Notes: generated from the sequence alone by a model not told the origin. A stretch of 64,000 bases of DNA from an uncultured Actinomycetota bacterium (GCA_963743915.1 CAVURN010000001.1:862683-926682), one strand, 5' to 3'. Shown: positions 1 through 9,741, counted from the stretch's first letter. A program made the numbers and translations.

Positions 1-417
1 CAGGTCGTCGACGAGGATGTCGTGGTCGCGGAGCCGGCGCCGACAACCTCGAAGGGAAGCGCCGGACAGCAGCAGGACGAGGCGGAGCAGGAGAACGTGC
101 TGCTGGCCCGCGGGGACTTCGAGGCGCAGGCGCACCCCACGGCGGGTACCGCGTCGGTCATCCAGACGCCGAAGGGGTCAGTGCTCACGCTGACCGAGTT
201 CGAGACCGATCCCGGCCCCGACCTACGGGTCTACCTGGTGGCCGCTGGTGCTTCCGGGGTCGAGGGAGGAACCGATCTCGGGGCGATGAAGGGCAACCAG
301 GGAAACCAGCAGTACGAAGTGCCGGACGCCGCGGCACGGGGGGATCTGTCAGGAACCAAGGTCGTGATCTGGTGCCGGGCTTTCAGCGTGGCCTTCGGTA
401 CTGCGCGTCTGTCCTGA
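1..417 (+). CDS. DM13 domain-containing protein (5' partial)
   Basis: Frame open from base 1; motifs FETDPGPDLRVYL, DLGAMKGNQGNQQY, VVIWCRAFSVAFG typical of DM13. Confidence 0.85.
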   Translation, partial: QVVDEDVVVAEPAPTTSKGSAGQQQDEAEQENVLLARGDFEAQAHPTAGTASVIQTPKGSVLTLTEFETDPGPDLRVYLVAAGASGVEGGTDLGAMKGNQGNQQYEVPDAAARGDLSGTKVVIWCRAFSVAFGTARLS

Positions 418-430
418 GAGCCGTCTGCGC

Positions 431-1075
431 TCAGTCGACCCGGACGGTGCCGTGAGGGGTCGCGAAGTGCGCTGCGACCAGGCCCACCTCGTCGCTGGTG
501 GGGGTGAGCCACTCGACCTCGACGTCGTCGAGCGGGTCGTCGTCGCCCCCGCCGAGCCAGCCGCACACCGTGTCACGGTCGCCGGCGATCTCGAGCTTGA
601 CGATCCGGATCTCGGTGCCGTTGCCGTGACCGGGGCGCTCCTCCGGCTCGCTGTCCCACTGGATGAAGTACGGCAGTGAGGGATCCTCGAGCAGCTCGTT
701 CAGCCCGATCTGATGCCAGCGCAGGTCGAAGCCGTCGGGGCGCCGGCGGTGGCCCTCGACCGAGCCGCGTCCGAGGCGGCTCTCGACGGTGGCCATCTCC
801 GGAACCTCGACGACCCAGCCCAGCCAGCCGCCGCCGTCAACGGCGCGCTGCTTGACCGCGCGTCCGAAGGGTGCGTTGTCCGCCGCGGGGTGGTCGAGTG
901 CCGCCACGACCTCGAGGTACGAGCCACCAGCCAGCGGGAGCACGAAGTTGCGGGTGCCGAACCGGGGGTGCATCCCTCCGTCGGTGAAGCCAGCACCCAG
1001 GCGGGAGCCGATTCGCTGGACGACGTCCGCGAGGTGATCGGTCGGCGCCGCGTAAGACAGGTGATCCAGCCGCAT
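431..1075 (-). CDS. VOC/glyoxalase-like family protein
   Basis: MRLDHLSYA...GGMHPRFGTRNFVLPL...YLEVV...LPYFIQW (Glyoxalase_3-like); start moved to ATG 1075. Confidence 0.85.
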   Translation of the reverse strand: MRLDHLSYAAPTDHLADVVQRIGSRLGAGFTDGGMHPRFGTRNFVLPLAGGSYLEVVAALDHPAADNAPFGRAVKQRAVDGGGWLGWVVEVPEMATVESRLGRGSVEGHRRRPDGFDLRWHQIGLNELLEDPSLPYFIQWDSEPEERPGHGNGTEIRIVKLEIAGDRDTVCGWLGGGDDDPLDDVEVEWLTPTSDEVGLVAAHFATPHGTVRVD

Positions 1076-1242
1076 ACTCCGAATCTTGCCCAACCCCGAT
1101 TCCCACCCCGCAACCGGGGTCGGAGGTCTGGTCGCAGGCGCTGCGCGCGGGTCACAGTGTGACCACGTTCTGTGTCACACAGGTGCACATCGCGTAGCGC
1201 TAGTGCAAGGGTGTCGCCGACACCGAGTACTCGGAGGCCACC

Positions 1243-2832
1243 GTGGACGATCTCGATCGCTCCGCGTACCCGGAACCACCGCTGCTGCTCCGAGGCCTCG
1301 ACCCCGCCCAGGCGTGGAAGCTGCTCTCACGCTCATCGAGTCAGATGCCCGCGGTGCCGTACATCGACGTGCCGGACGAGGGTCTGACGCTGTACGTCGG
1401 CCCGCAGGCCAAGTCCCTGCTCGGCATGGCCCCGGACGACATCGCCAACCTGGAGCCGGGACCAGATCGTCGACCACCTGCACCCGGACGACCGTGAGCG
1501 TGCCCTCCGGGAGACGGCACGGCTGATGGCGGCCGGTGGCGGGTCGCAGGAGTGGCGTTTCATCCGGCCGGACACCGGGGAGACGCTCTGGATCGAGGAG
1601 CGCCTGGCAGCGCGGAGGTCGACGGTCGACCGGTGTCGCCCGGTCTTCTCGTCGACATCACACCGCAGAAGCAGCAGGAGGAGGAGATAGCCAGCTACGT
1701 GAAGGCGCTCGAACGCGTCAACCTGATCTCCAAGACCTTCACCGAGCTGGTCGTCGGCAGCGGTGATGTCACGGCGATCCTCGACCTGCTCGCTGAGCTC
1801 GTCGACTGCTCCGTGGTCCTGACGGACGCGACGGGCAACTCCACCGCGCGGGCAGGTCGCCCGGAACCGAGCGACCACGAGGTGAGGCTCGAGCGCGAGG
1901 TGCGGCTCCGGGGCGAGGGCTGGGGCCGGCTGATGGTGACGTTCGATCGTCCCATCGAGACGGCTGACGAGATCGCCGTGGACCGTGCTGCGACCGCCGT
2001 GGCCCTCGCCCTGTTGCTTGAGCGTGAGGCACACCTCGTGGAGGAGGCCGCCCGCGCAGCGCTCGTCAACGACGTGGTGATGGAGCGCATCACGAGCGGT
2101 CGAGAGTTCCGACGTCGAGCACGAGCGCTCGGGGTCGACCTGGGACGTCGCCCGCTCCGCGTGCTGGTGGCCGAACCAGTCGCAACTGGCGGCCGGCAGG
2201 ACAGCAGACGCGCGCGCAGCCAACGGCGACTCCGCGAACAGCTCGAACGGGACCTCGTCGCCTGTGGCTGCACCGCACTGGTCGGATCGGAGGGGGACCG
2301 TGTGGTGGGCGTGGCGGCCGTCCGTGGCGACCTGAGCCGGTCCGAGCTCGACGCCGTCGTGACGGCGCCTGCGGCGCGGATCGGCATCAGCGAGCTGGTC
2401 CACGGTGATGACCTGTTGCGCGCGTACCAGCATGCCGTCGATGCGGTGGAGCATGCGGCGCGCCGGCTGCCGGACGGCGGATCCGGCACCGTGGTCCACT
2501 TCGACGACCTCGGGCTCTCCCATCTGCTGTCGCGGCTCGCCGACGGCCCCGAACTGGCCCGGTTCGTGGAGAGCGAGCTGGGCAGCCTGGTGCAGCACGA
2601 CCGCACCCACGGCGCGAACCTGCTGGCCACGCTCTCGGCCTACCTGGCCGAGAACGCGTCCAAGACGGCGACGGCCAAGCGGCTCGGCGTCGAGCGCCGG
2701 ACCGTGTACTACCGGCTGGACCGCATCGGCGCCCTGCTCGGCCGCAATCTCGACGACCCGGAGGCTCGACTCCGTCTCGATGTCGCGCTGCGGGGCTGGG
2801 AGGTCGTGCAGCACCTCGGAGGAGACGACTAG
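1243..2832 (+). CDS. PAS/PAC-domain PucR/CdaR-family transcriptional regulator (two apparent frameshifts ~1455, ~1605)
   Basis: C-terminal PucR HTH (LLATLSAYLAENASKTATAKRLGVERRTVYYRL). An alternate frame at 1460-1600 reads HLHPDDRERA...EWRFIRPDTGETLWIEER (PAS_3) and joins GLLVDITPQKQQEE (PAC). Confidence 0.75.
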
Positions 2833-2853
2833 CGAGCCCGTGCGGCCACCTCG

Positions 2854-3435
2854 TCAGAGCCGGGTGGCGTCACCCCGTCGGTAGCGAAGCGCGAAGTAGA
2901 CATGACCCGCCACCGCCAGGGTGAGGGCGAACGCGGTCCAGTCGTGCACCCAGGTGGCGTCCGTGCGGGTCTGGGTCGGCGCCGACCACAGCCAGCCGAC
3001 CATGATCGTTCCCGTGCCGATGAGGACGACGAGTGCCCCCATCGTCAGCGCCGCGTTCAGCTTCTGTCCGGCGTTGAAGCGATGGACGGGGATGCGTCCG
3101 CTCCTGCGGTCGCGGGCCCGCAGCCACTCGACGTCTTGGTCGGTCCACGCCTCGAGCCGCACGACGTCGGCGCGGAAACGGGTCGAGAGCAGCCCGAGTG
3201 CGAGAGGGACGGGGGCCAGCAGCCCTGCAGCCAGGTGCACGGTGCGCAGCAGGTCTCGGCGCCCGACCGCCACAGAGAGCGGGTCCACCCACATCACCAC
3301 TGCCGTCGCGATGCCGACCCCCACCAACGCGGCGAACGAGGCGTGGACCACCACCTCGGCCCGGGAGAAGCGGCGCTCAGGCGATCGGGTCGTCGCTGCG
3401 GCCGTTGGACGCCCCGACGTAGGCATCGACGTCAT
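2854..3435 (-). CDS. Cytochrome b/b6-like membrane subunit (FdnI/MsrQ-like partner)
   Basis: RRFSRAEVVVH, RFNAGQKLN, four TM segments with His ligands; directly downstream of the Mo oxidoreductase. Confidence 0.8.
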   Translation of the reverse strand: MTSMPTSGRPTAAATTRSPERRFSRAEVVVHASFAALVGVGIATAVVMWVDPLSVAVGRRDLLRTVHLAAGLLAPVPLALGLLSTRFRADVVRLEAWTDQDVEWLRARDRRSGRIPVHRFNAGQKLNAALTMGALVVLIGTGTIMVGWLWSAPTQTRTDATWVHDWTAFALTLAVAGHVYFALRYRRGDATRL

Positions 3436-4105
3436 ATCCGCGCTCCTCCCAGTAGCCCGGGTCCACCGCGTCCACGAGCTCGATGCGGCTCAACCACTTG
3501 AGTGACTTGTACCCGTACATCGGAACAACGACCAGTCGGACCGGGCCCCCGTGCGCCTGCGTGACCACGTCCCCGTCGAGGTGGGTCGCGACGAGCACCT
3601 CGTCGTCGAGCGCCTGCTCCAGCGTCAGGGACTCGGTGTAGACGCCGTCGTGCGAGTGGAATGTGACCGCTCGGGCGCTGTCATCGATTCCGGCTTCGGC
3701 AAGCAGGTCGCGCAGCTGCACGCCCTCCCACATCACGTCGTCCACCCTCCATCCCGTGACGCACTGGAAGTCGCGCGTCCACTGGGTGCGCGGCAGGGCG
3801 CGCAGGTCGTCCCAGGAGAACGTCATGGGCCGGTCGACCAGGCCGTCGAGGCGCAGCGTGTAGTCGGCCGTGGTCAGGACGGGCTGCTCCGCGGTCACCG
3901 AGTAGTAGCGCCACCCACCTTCGCCCGGTACCAGGTCGGTGAGACCCGTGGGGTCCGCCCGGCGCACGGGGGCGAGCACGGCGTCGATGCCTTGCTGCAG
4001 CGGTCGGCCGAGCACGACGCCGAGGGCTCCGAGGGCCGCGACGGACAGCACGATGCGGCGTCCGACCGGTCGGGTCGCCGGCGCTGGGTCGGGGCTCTCA
4101 CTCAC
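3377..4105 (-). CDS. Molybdopterin-dependent oxidoreductase (sulfite oxidase/MsrP-like)
   Basis: DFQCVTGW, HGGPVRLVVVPMYGYKSLKWL, GYWEERGY; twin-Arg-like GRRIVL near the N-terminus; start at GTG 4105 inferred. Confidence 0.88.
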   Translation of the reverse strand: MSESPDPAPATRPVGRRIVLSVAALGALGVVLGRPLQQGIDAVLAPVRRADPTGLTDLVPGEGGWRYYSVTAEQPVLTTADYTLRLDGLVDRPMTFSWDDLRALPRTQWTRDFQCVTGWRVDDVMWEGVQLRDLLAEAGIDDSARAVTFHSHDGVYTESLTLEQALDDEVLVATHLDGDVVTQAHGGPVRLVVVPMYGYKSLKWLSRIELVDAVDPGYWEERGYDVDAYVGASNGRSDDPIA

Positions 4106-4164
4106 GTGTCCAGCATGAGCCGCCAGTGCCCGCCCGGCCACTCCGACATCCTTACGAGTCGATG

Positions 4165-4200
4165 ATGTCCACAGCCGGCTCGGTGCCGGTTCGTCCACAG
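4165..4200. promoter_or_regulatory. Pair of DnaA-box-like GTCCACAG motifs upstream of DUF4192
   Basis: ATGTCCACAG at 4165-4174 and TCGTCCACAG at 4191-4200, each one mismatch from TTGTCCACA. Confidence 0.3.
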
Positions 4201-4253
4201 ATGGGAGGCCGGACGCCCCAGGACGAGGTCCGGCTGCGGCACGGTCTCGCCCC

Positions 4254-5367
4254 ATGAGCCTTCCGACGCCGGCCGGCGACCCGGCCCCAGCCCCCGCCCT
4301 CAGCAGCGATCCCTGCTGCACCGGTCCCCACGCTCCGCGCCAGCGGCCCTGGCGAGGTCCTGCAGGTGGTCCCGTACCTGCTCGGGTTCCGTCCCGAGGA
4401 GAGCGTGGTCCTGATCGCCCTGCGGGGCCGCCGCATCGCGGTCTCTGCCCGGTACGACCTCGAGGCACCCCCGGAGATGGCCGTCCCCTGGATGGTCGCC
4501 GCGGCCCGGGAGGGGGCGACCTCCGTCCTCGTCGCCGTGTACAGCGCCCTCCTGGACGGCCCGCCGCTCGCCCACCGGGAGCACGCGGACCGGCTCGCCG
4601 AGCTGGCGGCCGAACGTGAGCTGACCGTCACCGATCGCCTCGCGGTGGGGGCGGACCGCTGGTGGTCCTACGACTGCTCCAACCCGCACTGCTGTCCGCC
4701 CGAGGGCACCCCTGTCGACCCGACCGGTGCGGTGGCCGTCGGTGCGGTGGCCGAGGGTCTGGTGTCCCTGCCTCGGCGCTCCGATCTCGAGGCCGAGCTC
4801 GCACCGCTTCCCGTCCGGGTCGCCGAGGTGTCCGGTGCGCTCGACCGGGCGGACGAGGACACGCCGGTCGACCTGAGCCCCGAGGACCTTCGCGCCCGCG
4901 ACTGGGCGACGGTGCGTCGGTTCGTCCGGGAGAGCGAGCGACGCCAGGGGCCGATTCCCGCGGAGGAGGCCGCAGCGGTGCTCTGGGCGCTGCTCGACCT
5001 GCACGTGCGGGACGCGACGCTCGGCTACCTCGTCGACCGCCCCAAGCCCGAGGTGACCGGTGCCTGGCGCGAGCTGGTCAACGTCGCACCCCCGTTGTGG
5101 CGCGCACCGGTCGCCACGCTGTACGCCTTCTGGTGCTATGCCGCCGGACAGGGCGCTCGCACGAACGTGGGGATCGAGGTCGCCCTCGCGGCCGATCCGG
5201 ACTACTCCATGGCCCATCTGCTCGACCAGCTGGTCGCGTCCGGCGTCAACCCGCTCCGGTTCATCCCCGACCTCGCCAAGGAGTGCCGACCCATCGCCCG
5301 GCGGATCGAACGGAGACGACCACCGGGCGGACGGGGAAAGGCTCGACGCGGGAGGGCAGACGGGTGA
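4254..5367 (+). CDS. DUF4192 domain-containing protein (probable frameshift near 5' end; main frame 4258-5367)
   Basis: VPYLLGFRPEESVV, RWWSYDCSNPHCCPPEG, VRDA, ALAADPDYSMAHLL; family normally lies upstream of sigA/hrdB. Confidence 0.85.
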
Positions 5368-5392
5368 TGCCCGCTGGCGGTAGCGTTCGCCC

Positions 5393-5698
5393 GTGGCCGA
5401 GCAGTGGACGCTTCTCACCAACCACGGTCGGGTCCTCCTCATCCTGGCGAGCGACCCGGACGTGCGGCTCCGCGACGTCGCGGCGTCCGTCGGCATCACC
5501 GAGCGGTCGGTGCAGATGATCGTGGCCGACCTCGAGGACGCCGGCTACATCACGCGCGAGCGGCGCGGTCGACGCAACCACTACGTGGTGCACTCCGACA
5601 TGAGCTTTCGCCACCCCCACGAGGCCGAGCACCGGGTGGGCGAGCTGATCGAGGTGTTCGGTGGCCTCAATGGCTCGCGCGGGGGCCTGGGCCGGTAG
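5393..5698 (+). CDS. Small winged-helix (MarR/AsnC-like) transcriptional regulator
   Basis: WTLLTNHGRVL...RLRDVAASVGITERSVQMIVADLEDAGYITRERRGRRNHY. Confidence 0.85.
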   Translation: MAEQWTLLTNHGRVLLILASDPDVRLRDVAASVGITERSVQMIVADLEDAGYITRERRGRRNHYVVHSDMSFRHPHEAEHRVGELIEVFGGLNGSRGGLGR

Positions 5699-5832
5699 CA
5701 CCTCCGTGCTCGGCCCGGCACGAAGGGTGACGTCGCTGGTCCGTCCGGGGTCGCACCCTGTGGATCATCGGCCCCCGGCCCCCAGCAGCCCCTAACCTCC
5801 CGGCCAGACCCGCGCATCCAGGGGAGGTGCTC

Positions 5833-6697
5833 ATGCGTTCGGCCATCGTCACCGCTGTCGGGGGAGTCGCCATCCTGACACTCGCCGCCGGCGTCCTGGC
5901 CCTCACCGGCGGAGCGTCAGCGGCCGAGCCGTGCGAGGGGGCGGACTGTGAGGTGGTCCCCGATCCCGACGAGGCTGCGTACGTGGGCAGCGGGGGGCTG
6001 CTTCTTCCCGCCGACTCCTTCACCGGGAGCGCGCAGGACCGGGCAGATGCCGCCACCTGCGAGGGGTGCCGCTGGGCCCTGGTGCCCATGTGCCGTGGCC
6101 CGGGGCAGGGGGGCGGGGTCGCCTGCGGGCCCGCTGCCACGTCCTGCCCGCCGGGGGAGTTCCGTCGCATCGTGCTGCTCCTGCGGCCGGGGGACGCCGA
6201 CTGGCGCGAGGTCGGGCTGGTCTGCCTGGTCGGTGGCGCCCCGACGACGGTCGACGACCTGGCTGACCGGCTCTCGGACGTGGTGGTGGAGCGGGTCCCT
6301 GCACTCCACCCGACGTTCCAGCCGCAGGGCGGCACGGTCATCGGGCTTCCGGCCGTCTTCGCCACCAACCAGCCCCGCGGTCTGGGCGAGCGCACCTTCT
6401 CGCTGGTGGGGTTCACCATCGTGATGGACGGTCGTGCCACGTGGACGTGGGACTTCGGCGACGGCACGACGCTTCGTGAGCGACGAGCCGGGAGGCCCGT
6501 GGCCGAACGTCGACGTGGCACATGCCTACGACCGAGCGGGCGAGTACTCCGTCACCGCCGAGGCAGCCTGGGAGGCCTGGTTCACCGTCGACGGCTTGGG
6601 CCCCTGGCCGGTCGAGGGCGACCCCGTGGTGCAGGTGGCTGATCCCCTGGGCATCCGCGTGGCGCAGGCGCGGGCCGAGCTGGTGGTCGGGCCGTAG
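5833..6697 (+). CDS. Secreted Cys-rich protein with C-terminal PKD-like domain (frameshift ~6475)
   Basis: Signal peptide; WTWDFGDGT in one frame continues as PGGPWPNVDVAHAYDRAGEYSVT in the next; GGGGAGG RBS. Confidence 0.65.
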
Positions 6698-6817
6698 CGT
6701 GCTCCCAGGTGGCGCCGGGGCCGGGAGCATCGCCAGGGGGGCCGGATTGGGGTAGCGTCCGGCCAGCCGACCGATCGTCGGACCGTCCGGCCCGGCGACG
6801 CTGCCGAGGAGGTTTGC

Positions 6818-7222
6818 ATGGGGACGATCGTCGTGGGCTACGTGCCGAGCCCGGAGGGCGAGGCGGCGCTCGACCGTGCGGTCGACGAGGCCAGGCTCCG
6901 CGGCAGCAGCCTGCTCGTGGTCAACTCCCAGCGGGGTGGCCGCACCGCCGACTACCACGAGCTGGCCCTCACCGACGAGCAGGTCGAGGCCATCCATGCC
7001 CGCCTGCACGACGCCGGTGTGGAGCACGACGTCCGTGGCCTGGTGCGAGGCAACGACCCGGCCGACGACCTGGTGGGCATCGCCGACGAGGTGGGCGCCG
7101 AGATGATCGTGATCGGCCTGAGGCGGCGGACGCCGGTCGGCAAGCTGATCATGGGGAGCAACGCGCAGCGGATCCTGCTGGACGCCAGCTGTCCGGTCCT
7201 CGCGGTCAAGAAGGCCGACTGA
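6818..7222 (+). CDS. Universal stress protein (UspA family)
   Basis: IVVGYVPSPEGEAAL...IVIGLRRRTPVGKLIMGSNAQRILLDASCPVLAVK. Confidence 0.93.
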   Translation: MGTIVVGYVPSPEGEAALDRAVDEARLRGSSLLVVNSQRGGRTADYHELALTDEQVEAIHARLHDAGVEHDVRGLVRGNDPADDLVGIADEVGAEMIVIGLRRRTPVGKLIMGSNAQRILLDASCPVLAVKKAD

Positions 7223-7248
7223 CCCGCACGTCCAGGCGTCACGGCGGG

Positions 7249-7283
7249 GGAAGAGCAGGCGGACCACCAGCGTTGACTACAAT
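7249..7283 (+). promoter_or_regulatory. Overlapping putative SigR/SigH-type promoter (GGAAG-N18-GTT) and housekeeping -10 (TACAAT) upstream of sigA
   Basis: GGAAG 7249-7253, 18 nt spacer, GTT 7272-7274; TACAAT 7278-7283. Confidence 0.5.
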
Positions 7284-7415
7284 GTCATCTGCTGCACCAC
7301 ACGACGTCCGGCCCTCGGGGCCGCATCGCAACCCCGGCAGCAGCGGAAACCTGTACCCCACGTCCTGCGTCCCCGCTTGACGGCTGTCCGCACCGGCAAG
7401 GAGGCACCCGCTCCT

Positions 7416-8869
7416 ATGAGCGCTGCTCGCTCGACCACCGCCAAGAAGGCCCCGGCCAAGAAGGCGGCCCCGAAGTCCAAGACCACGGCGAAGCCCTCTG
7501 CCAAGAGTGCCGCCACGGCTGCCAAGAAGCCCGGCAAGGCGGCCGTGAAGAAGGCGACGGCCAAGCCGGCGACCAAGAACGCCACCGCAAAGGCGACCGC
7601 CAAGAAGACGGCTGCGAAGAAGCCCGCCAAGGCAGCCGTGAAGAAGGCTCCGGCCAAGGCCGCGTGAAGAAGGCCCCCGCCAAGGCGCCAGTCAAGCAGT
7701 CCGCCGCGAAGAAGGACGAGCCGGCGAAGAAGACGTCCTCCAAGAAGACCGCCGGCAAGGCAGCTGCCACGACAGCCGCCCCGGCGAAGGGTGCCGGAGC
7801 CGGCGAGGCACTGGTCGAGATCCCTGTCGCCGATGACGGTCTGCCGGTCAGTGACGAGGAGATCGCCGAGGAGCTGGCGAAGGAGCCGGAGGAGCAGGGT
7901 TTCGTCATCTCGCACCGCGACGAGTCCGACGAGCCCGTCCAGCAGGTGACCGTCGCCGGCGCCACGGCCGACCCGGTCAAGGACTACCTCAAGCAGATCG
8001 GAAAGGTCGCCCTGCTCAACGCCGAGCAGGAGGTCGAGCTTGCCAAGCGCATCGAGGCCGGACTGTTCGCGGAAGAGAAGCTGAACGGCACCAAGAAGCT
8101 GTCGGCGAAGATGCACCGTGAGCTCGAGTGGATCGCCGAGGACGGTCGTCGCGCCAAGGACCACCTGCTCGAGGCGAACCTTCGCCTGGTCGTCTCGCTG
8201 GCCAAGCGCTACACCGGACGCGGCATGCTCTTCCTCGACCTCATCCAGGAGGGCAACCTCGGCCTGATCCGCGCCGTCGAGAAGTTCGACTACACCAAGG
8301 GCTACAAGTTCTCGACGTACGCGACCTGGTGGATCCGTCAGGCGATCACGCGCGCCATGGCCGACCAGGCCCGCACCATTCGTATCCCGGTGCACATGGT
8401 CGAGGTCATCAACAAGCTCGCCCGTGTCCAGCGCCAGATGCTGCAGGACCTCGGCCGCGAGCCGACGCCCGAGGAGCTCGCCAAGGAGCTCGACATGACG
8501 CCGGAGAAGGTCGTCGAGGTGCAGAAGTACGGCCGCGAGCCGATCTCGCTGCATACGCCTCTCGGCGAGGACGGTGACAGTGAGTTCGGTGACCTCATCG
8601 AGGACTCCGAGGCTGTCGTTCCCGCGGACGCCGTGTCCTTCACGCTGCTTCAGGAGCAGCTGCACGCGGTGCTCGACACGCTGTCGGACCGTGAGGCAGG
8701 CGTGGTGTCGATGCGGTTCGGGCTCACCGACGGACAGCCGAAGACGCTCGACGAGATCGGCAAGGTCTACGGCGTGACTCGTGAGCGCATCCGTCAGATA
8801 GAGAGCAAGACGATGAGCAAGCTCCGTCACCCGAGCCGCTCTCAGGTTCTGCGCGACTATCTGGACTAA
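7416..8869 (+). CDS. sigA: Principal RNA polymerase sigma factor SigA/HrdB with Lys/Ala-rich N-terminus (1-bp frameshift ~7662)
   Basis: [90 protein letters not shown]; AAGGAGG RBS before ATG 7416. Confidence 0.97.
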
Positions 8870-8871
8870 GG
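8850..8871 (+). repeat. 22-bp direct repeat copy 1 (putative att site), last codons and stop of sigA
   Basis: TGCGCGACTATCTGGACTAAGG, identical at 12487-12508. Confidence 0.9.
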
Positions 8872-8954
8872 AAATTCAGAGAAGACTGTAGAAACCTAGA
8901 CAGAATATGGGCTTTCGACGTTCTCTGGGTTGTGACTTGACGGGCACAGCGCTC

Positions 8955-9392
8955 TCAGTCATCTCCTGGGGTCAGGAGTCCATGTCGACGACGACAGTGC
9001 CGAGCGCGTCTTGGACCTGTGGTCCAAGAGCGAGGCAGCTTCATGGACAGAGGGAGTGAGCCTGCCCACCGAGGAGGGCGGAGCGGTGTACGCCGAGGGC
9101 GGCGTGCCCTTGTGATCACCAACCGCTATGAGCAAGATCCCAAGGTGCGCGAGGCGTGCATCGCGCACCACGGCACAACCTGCACCGTGTGTGGGTTCGA
9201 CTTCGAAGCCGCCTACGGGGAGCGGGAGCCGGATTCATCGAGGTGCACCACCTGGTCCCGCTGTCCGAGCTGGACGGCACCACCGAGGTCGACCCGGTCA
9301 CCAACATGCGACCGCTCTGCAGCAACTGCCACTCGATGATCCATCGCGGCGACCTGATCAGCCCCGACGAGCTCAAGAAGCTCCTGCTCTGA
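8955..9392 (+). pseudogene. McrA-like HNH endonuclease, 5'-truncated and frameshifted
   Basis: Pieces in three frames: GSGVHVDDDSAERVLDLW...YAEGG; NRYEQDPKVREACIAHHGTTCTVCGFDFEAAYGE; GFIEVHHLVPLSE...LCSNCHSMIH. Confidence 0.75.
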
Positions 9393-9411
9393 CCATCCGG
9401 ACGGTGATCGC

Positions 9412-9531
9412 TCACTCCGCTGCACCTGCCAGCCCCACGTCGGTCTGGGCCACGTCCAGGGGCACCACCACGAGCACCCCGCTGAACGTGTCTGTCCCCA
9501 CCAGATACGTGGTTCCGCTGTCGTGCACCAT
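9412..9531 (-). CDS. Possible 39-aa leaderless small protein
   Basis: ATG 9531 preceded at 6 nt by GATACT (-10-like); MVHDSGTTYLVGTDTFSGVLVVVPLDVAQTDVGLAGAAE. Confidence 0.3.
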   Translation of the reverse strand: MVHDSGTTYLVGTDTFSGVLVVVPLDVAQTDVGLAGAAE

Positions 9532-9636
9532 GACCCCAGTATCGCCACGGTGACTGACACCATCGGTAGACCCCGCTGAGCCAGAGGACGTAGGACCCGA
9601 TACACCGCCCCAGATTCGCGGTAGCGAGGTCAACTC

Positions 9637-9665
9637 CCGTAAATCGGACGCCGTCCGATTTACGG
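9637..9665. promoter_or_regulatory. Perfect 29-bp palindrome (14-1-14), candidate operator or hairpin
   Basis: CCGTAAATCGGACG-C-CGTCCGATTTACGG, about 77 bp upstream of the diguanylate cyclase start. Confidence 0.6.
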
Positions 9666-9741
9666 CGACTTGGGTTACCTGCTCGGCGGTACTGCGAGCG
9701 CTAGCGACTGTCGATAGTTGCTGGAGAACGGGGGTTCTCAC

